Below are positions 60,648-64,000 of a stretch of 64,000 nucleotides of DNA, piece by piece. The position numbers were made by a program, and so were the translations under genes. The notes beneath the pieces are model-generated. The model did not search any database and had not been told where the DNA came from. It saw only the letters and a program-made list of their open reading frames with translations. How positions within the stretch are numbered: position 1 is the first letter of the stretch; the number at the start of each line of letters is the position of its first letter. The DNA is from a virus, in IMG/VR virus record IMGVR_UViG_3300029118_000005, one strand, 5' to 3'.

Positions 60648-61032
60648 CTTGCACCTCCTTTATCAGTTTTAGATCATATCCACCTTCTACAAACTCTTTA
60701 GTGAGCTTGTGCCTGATACCATTGCCTAAGTACTGGTATATATCAAGCATGTCATCATCAGAAAAATTTGTCCGCAGATACTGGTTTATACTCTTTCGGG
60801 TTCTATTCCAGAATCTTACGTTCCTTATGTGTTGCTGATAAACCATTGTTTTGCAAGCGTCCCTTGACACAGATTCAAGCAACTTACATTTAAGATCTTC
60901 TTCACTCTCAATGTCAGCTACGGAAAAACCAGAACGCTGCTTGTTTAAGAGCAAGTATCCATCGCTGTTGATACTGCTACCAGGAAAGCATTTCATAAGT
61001 TTTAAAATTTCATTCAGAATTATTATTATCAC
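60640..61032 (-). CDS. Hypothetical protein
   Basis: 130-aa ORF. The start is possibly internal (MKCFPGSS). Confidence 0.4.
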   Translation of the reverse strand: MIIIILNEILKLMKCFPGSSINSDGYLLLNKQRSGFSVADIESEEDLKCKLLESVSRDACKTMVYQQHIRNVRFWNRTRKSINQYLRTNFSDDDMLDIYQYLGNGIRHKLTKEFVEGGYDLKLIKEVQDG

Positions 61033-61330
61033 TCCAATCTATCTTCTGTCCGCAGTACGGGCAGTGTACGCAAACTCCTGCTTCTGATTCATACCGTGTG
61101 CCACATGTCGGGCAATACCATTCGTATACATTTTCGTTTGATGCACAGATGACTGGTTCTTCTGCAATTGTTTTATGCATGTCTCTGTTTTCGAGAATGT
61201 GATCGACTATTTCACATGCCGTTTGTAGGGGTACTACACGGCAATAGGTATGTGGATATGCTGTCGTAACCATCAATTCACTATTGCTAACCAAAAGGTT
61301 TTTGATTTCATCACTTTTTGCAATAGACAT
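61010..61330 (-). CDS. Zinc-ribbon protein ending in CxxCGQKIDW motif (paralog family)
   Basis: CPTCGTRYESEAGVCVHCPYCGQKIDWSD. Confidence 0.45.
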   Translation of the reverse strand: MSIAKSDEIKNLLVSNSELMVTTAYPHTYCRVVPLQTACEIVDHILENRDMHKTIAEEPVICASNENVYEWYCPTCGTRYESEAGVCVHCPYCGQKIDWSDNNNSE

Positions 61331-61651
61331 TTAACAATCCTCCCAATCAATCTTCTGTCCACATTTTGAACAATAGGAAGCAAGGCAATCATTTATGATG
61401 TTTCCACATACAGAGCAGCTACATGCGTTCTTGTCTGCTAGAATAACCAGTTTTTGTGGAACCTGCTTTTTAAGAGCGCTATGTGCCTTCATGAATACAA
61501 ACGCGGTTCTCATTGATTTTTCAACTGCCTTGTAGTCCTTTTTCTTCAAGGCTTGCTCAGTTGCTCTGGTGCAAGTATCAAGTTTCTTCTTTAATATCTT
61601 CAAGGCTTCTTTATTGCTCATTTGCTTTTCCTTTCTTACAGGAACGGACAT
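61331..61651 (-). CDS. Zinc-ribbon protein ending in CxxCGQKIDW motif (paralog family)
   Basis: CSVCGNIINDCLASYCSKCGQKIDWEDC. Confidence 0.45.
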   Translation of the reverse strand: MSVPVRKEKQMSNKEALKILKKKLDTCTRATEQALKKKDYKAVEKSMRTAFVFMKAHSALKKQVPQKLVILADKNACSCSVCGNIINDCLASYCSKCGQKIDWEDC

Positions 61652-62364
61652 GTTTCGTAATTAAACAATTGCCAGGTCTTACCTGCTTCTGCAACGTCCA
61701 CATTTGCCATTCTTGCAACTTCTTTTATTCTTACTAGCATTTCCTCTTGTACTGCATTATTTGCGCTTAAATGGCAAATAATGACGTTCTGGAGTGCGTC
61801 TGTTGTGTTAGCTTCTATGAAGCCTGCACACGTTTCTAATTCCATATGCCCCTTAATGACATGCAATCGTTTACCAGTGACATCCTCTGAAATGTACTTC
61901 TTTTGGTAATTGCAAGACACCAGGATATGGTCAATATCCTTAAATCGCCACCTTACAAACTCCGTATCAGTAATGTAGAGCATTCGCCCCATCTCTGGGT
62001 GCTCGATGATGAATCCATAGCACGGGCACTCTGTACCGTCTGCATCGGTATGTTTGAAGTGTCCATGCACATCATTCATTGGAACTGATACAATTCTAAA
62101 TTCACCATAGCCACCGATATAGGAGTTATCTTCATAAGGTTTGTAGACTGGGATTCCCATTTCTTCCAGATCACTGACTGCTTCCGAGTGATCTCCGTGT
62201 TTATGTGTGACAACACATCCAACAATATCAGATACTTTCCAGTCGCAGCCCTTTTTGATCTTCATGATTGGGATTCCTGCATCAAGAAGAAGCATCTTGC
62301 CTTTGTTATCCTTTAAAACATAGCAATTACCAGAACTGCCGCTGGCTAAGCATGTTAGAATCAT
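61636..62364 (-). CDS. Metallo-beta-lactamase-fold hydrolase
   Basis: The motif VVTHKHGDHSEAV (HxHxDH) and N-terminus MILTCLASGSSGNCYVL. Confidence 0.75.
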   Translation of the reverse strand: MILTCLASGSSGNCYVLKDNKGKMLLLDAGIPIMKIKKGCDWKVSDIVGCVVTHKHGDHSEAVSDLEEMGIPVYKPYEDNSYIGGYGEFRIVSVPMNDVHGHFKHTDADGTECPCYGFIIEHPEMGRMLYITDTEFVRWRFKDIDHILVSCNYQKKYISEDVTGKRLHVIKGHMELETCAGFIEANTTDALQNVIICHLSANNAVQEEMLVRIKEVARMANVDVAEAGKTWQLFNYETCPFL

Positions 62365-62385
62365 CTAAAAACTCCTCTCTTGCGT

Positions 62386-63024
62386 TCATCCCTCCACACT
62401 TTCGATGTGGTAGCGACCGTAACCGCTAGTTCTTCCACTTCCAATTCCGTTTCCAAAACCTGCAAGACGAATAATGTTTAAGATCTGTTCCAGAGAATAT
62501 GCATTCTCCGTATATTGAATTGTAAATGTTGCACTCCATCCGCTAAATCTATTCAGTCGTACAAGTACCGGAGCGCCCTTCTTTGGCGACATAAGTTTTT
62601 CGTCAATAAAATGTTCCGCAAACTTGATTGGAACCAGATTGCCCTTTGCAATGACATTTACAGCGGCATTGAACTTAGTTGCGTAAGTATCAATCTTGTT
62701 CTGTACAACAGCCTGTCCAAACGACTTTTTCAAACCAAATGCTGTAATGCACGGTGCATTGTTGGTCAGTGCTTCTCTCAAACCTTCCTCTGTGAAATCT
62801 GTAGGCTTTCCACCATACCAGTGCATGGCAGTGATCACTTCTTCCCATACATTTGTAGCTGCTGTGTCCTTAGCCTTGTTCTTTCTCTCGTCAGTAAGCT
62901 TCCTGGCGCTACAATCATTCATTTTGTTAAGCACCAGGTCCCCATCACCTGCAATAGTAATTCTTGCCTGCTTGATGCTTAACGGCTTTAATTCGATAAC
63001 CTGTGTTTCTTCCTTCTTTGTCAT
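62386..63024 (-). CDS. Early protein with C-terminal RAMP-like glycine-rich loop (function unknown)
   Basis: Likely start is ATG 63024 with AAGGAGAA RBS. It ends ...LAGFGNGIGSGRTSGYGRYHIESVEG, and GIG-x5-GYG matches the G-h-G-x5-G-h-G RAMP loop pattern. Confidence 0.3.
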   Translation of the reverse strand: MTKKEETQVIELKPLSIKQARITIAGDGDLVLNKMNDCSARKLTDERKNKAKDTAATNVWEEVITAMHWYGGKPTDFTEEGLREALTNNAPCITAFGLKKSFGQAVVQNKIDTYATKFNAAVNVIAKGNLVPIKFAEHFIDEKLMSPKKGAPVLVRLNRFSGWSATFTIQYTENAYSLEQILNIIRLAGFGNGIGSGRTSGYGRYHIESVEG

Positions 63025-63081
63025 AATTTGTTTTCTCCTTTTTTGTTTTGGTCTAAGCTTCCGCTCAAGATGCGACACAAG

Positions 63082-63090
63082 TGTTATAAT
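63082..63090 (+). promoter_or_regulatory. Extended -10 element TGTTATAAT (plus strand) facing into the repeat region
   Basis: Perfect TGnTATAAT with no good -35. Similar elements are TGTTATATT (about 63581) and TGTTATATAAT (about 63612). Confidence 0.35.
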
Positions 63091-63760
63091 GTTGTGTCAT
63101 ATACTGCTCTGTGCTATTTTGTATTGCTCTGTAATATTATGTATTGTGGCTTATGCCGCGTCTCAAATGGAAGCTTTAAGTGTTCTGGTAACACTTGCAG
63201 GCAACATGAAATGTTTTGTACTGCCTTGTTGTGTTATGTCATGTCGTGTCCTGTTATGTGCTGTCTTGTTTTGTAATGATTGGCAACTCATGTTGCCTGC
63301 AAATGCTACCAGTTTATTTTTATGGTATCCACTCGGTATATAGCATAAACTATGCATAATTATGTATATTGTTGTATTCTGTGATGTTTTAAACTATCCT
63401 GTACTTTGTTATGACATATTGCTTATGCCACATATAGAATGGATACCTTTTGCGTCGTGTTATGTACTATTCTGTCTTGTATTATTCTGCCTTGTACTGT
63501 TTTGTTTTGCTATATTCTGTTCTGCCCTGACTTATGGGCTAGCATAAAGCAACAAATAATCTGTTTTGTGGTGTTGTGTATTGTTATATTCTGTCCTGTC
63601 CTATCACTTTTTGTTATATAATTGAGACTTACTTGCTGCCTCATGTTAGCCCATAAAATTTGCTTAACTCGAATGCTCTGTGAATGATGCAATGTTATGT
63701 GCTGTTGTGTCGTGTTATGTTCTGTCCTGCGCTGTTATGTTTTTGACATATGAGCCATTT
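63090..63760. repeat. Non-coding array: long hairpin stems enclosing T/G-rich (TGTTATGT / CTGTCCTG) low-complexity loops
   Basis: Three inverted repeats are visible. The first is 63195-63209 / 63288-63302 (15 bp, perfect). The second is 63324-63343 / 63431-63447 (imperfect). The third is 63532-63545 / 63643-63656 (13 of 14). TGTTATGT-like words occur about 8 times, and 15-nt tandem units lie near 63467-63511. Confidence 0.75.
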
Positions 63761-63825
63761 CTTTTCTCAGATGGTGCATACCGTTACACCATCCATAGAA
63801 CACTCGAATTAAGCATTGAAACTGT

Positions 63826-64000
63826 TTAGACGGCTATCTTGTCGATTTCTTCAAATACGCTCTCTAACTCAGAAAGCGACTTATACCGATTTTGAAAGCT
63901 TCTCAGCTCTGCGTAAGCCCTCTGCAGCAACTTCTGATACTCGTCATGTTGTGTTGCAAAATGTGTTGTCGGCATATACACATTTCTCTGGCTTGTGATC
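63826..64000 (-). CDS. C-terminal end of an unidentified protein (CDS enters from beyond the window end)
   Basis: The reverse frame is open from 63999 to TAA at 63826-63828. It ends ...HDEYQKLLQRAYAELRSFQNRYKSLSELESVFEEIDKIAV. Confidence 0.4.
   Translation of the reverse strand, partial: ITSQRNVYMPTTHFATQHDEYQKLLQRAYAELRSFQNRYKSLSELESVFEEIDKIAV

Noticed and set aside
62696-63343. Long plus-strand ORF (215 aa) and neighbouring ORFs 63028..63276, 63362..63547, 63439..63621, plus minus-strand 63163..63357 and 63510..63692
   Set aside because: The first is antisense to a well-supported minus-strand gene. The rest translate the TGT/ACA low-complexity tracts into Cys/Leu/Val-rich or Thr/Gln/Asn-rich strings. 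None has an RBS.
63090-63760. Possible CRISPR array, given the Cas8 homologs and many repeats
   Set aside because: There is no constant-length identical repeat alternating with unique spacers. The repeated words are short (8-15 nt), degenerate and tandem, and the long inverted repeats are each unique. The same conclusion applies to 26.3-26.8 kb.
1-64000. Integrase, excisionase or att sites, toxin-antitoxin pairs, restriction enzymes, reverse transcriptase / DGR or retron
   Set aside because: No ORF showed the corresponding motifs: no tyrosine or serine recombinase signatures, no YxDD reverse transcriptase, no HicA/RelE/MazF-type toxin. Absence by eye is weak evidence and needs HMM searches.

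Overview
The whole 64-kb window looks like DNA of a large tailed phage from a low-GC Firmicute. Supporting signals are GGAGG-type RBSs, an SH3b-type endolysin and spore-coat-like proteins. Almost every gene is on the minus strand.

Layout:
- 1-14.8 kb: siphovirus-type morphogenesis module. It holds the tape measure (partial), a G/GT tail chaperone pair with a -1 frameshift site, the major tail protein, head-tail connectors, a lambda-E-like major capsid protein, decoration, scaffold, Mu-F-like head protein, portal, TerL and endolysin. A plus-strand plasmid-type Rep gene with 22-bp iterons interrupts it between terL and portal.
- 14.8-25.3 kb: auxiliary genes. These include DUF2829 (Tad2-like) proteins, an N6/N4 methyltransferase, MazG, and five tRNA or tRNA-like genes split by an HNH endonuclease.
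- 25.7-27.1 kb: a TerS-like gene preceded by an odd 830-bp non-coding region.
- 27-33.3 kb: a visibly GC-richer island, largely plus-strand, of small genes ending in a truncated Cas8c-like gene.
- 33.3-43.8 kb: cassettes separated by a conserved A/T-rich junction motif. One cassette is a full-length orphan Cas8e/Cse1 homolog plus an HTH gene; another holds ParA.
- 43.8-63 kb: replication, recombination and modification genes (Rad50-like ATPase, G39P-like loader, PAPS-reductase-like protein, C5-methyltransferase, SSB, MBL hydrolase).
- 63.1-63.8 kb: a 750-bp non-coding region of hairpins enclosing T/G-rich repeats.

No integrase, CRISPR array or other cas genes were seen. Rep plus iterons plus ParA suggest a phage-plasmid lifestyle.

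All functional calls rest on by-eye motif recognition and gene order, with no searches run. Coordinates of small RNA and regulatory features may be off by 1-3 nt.
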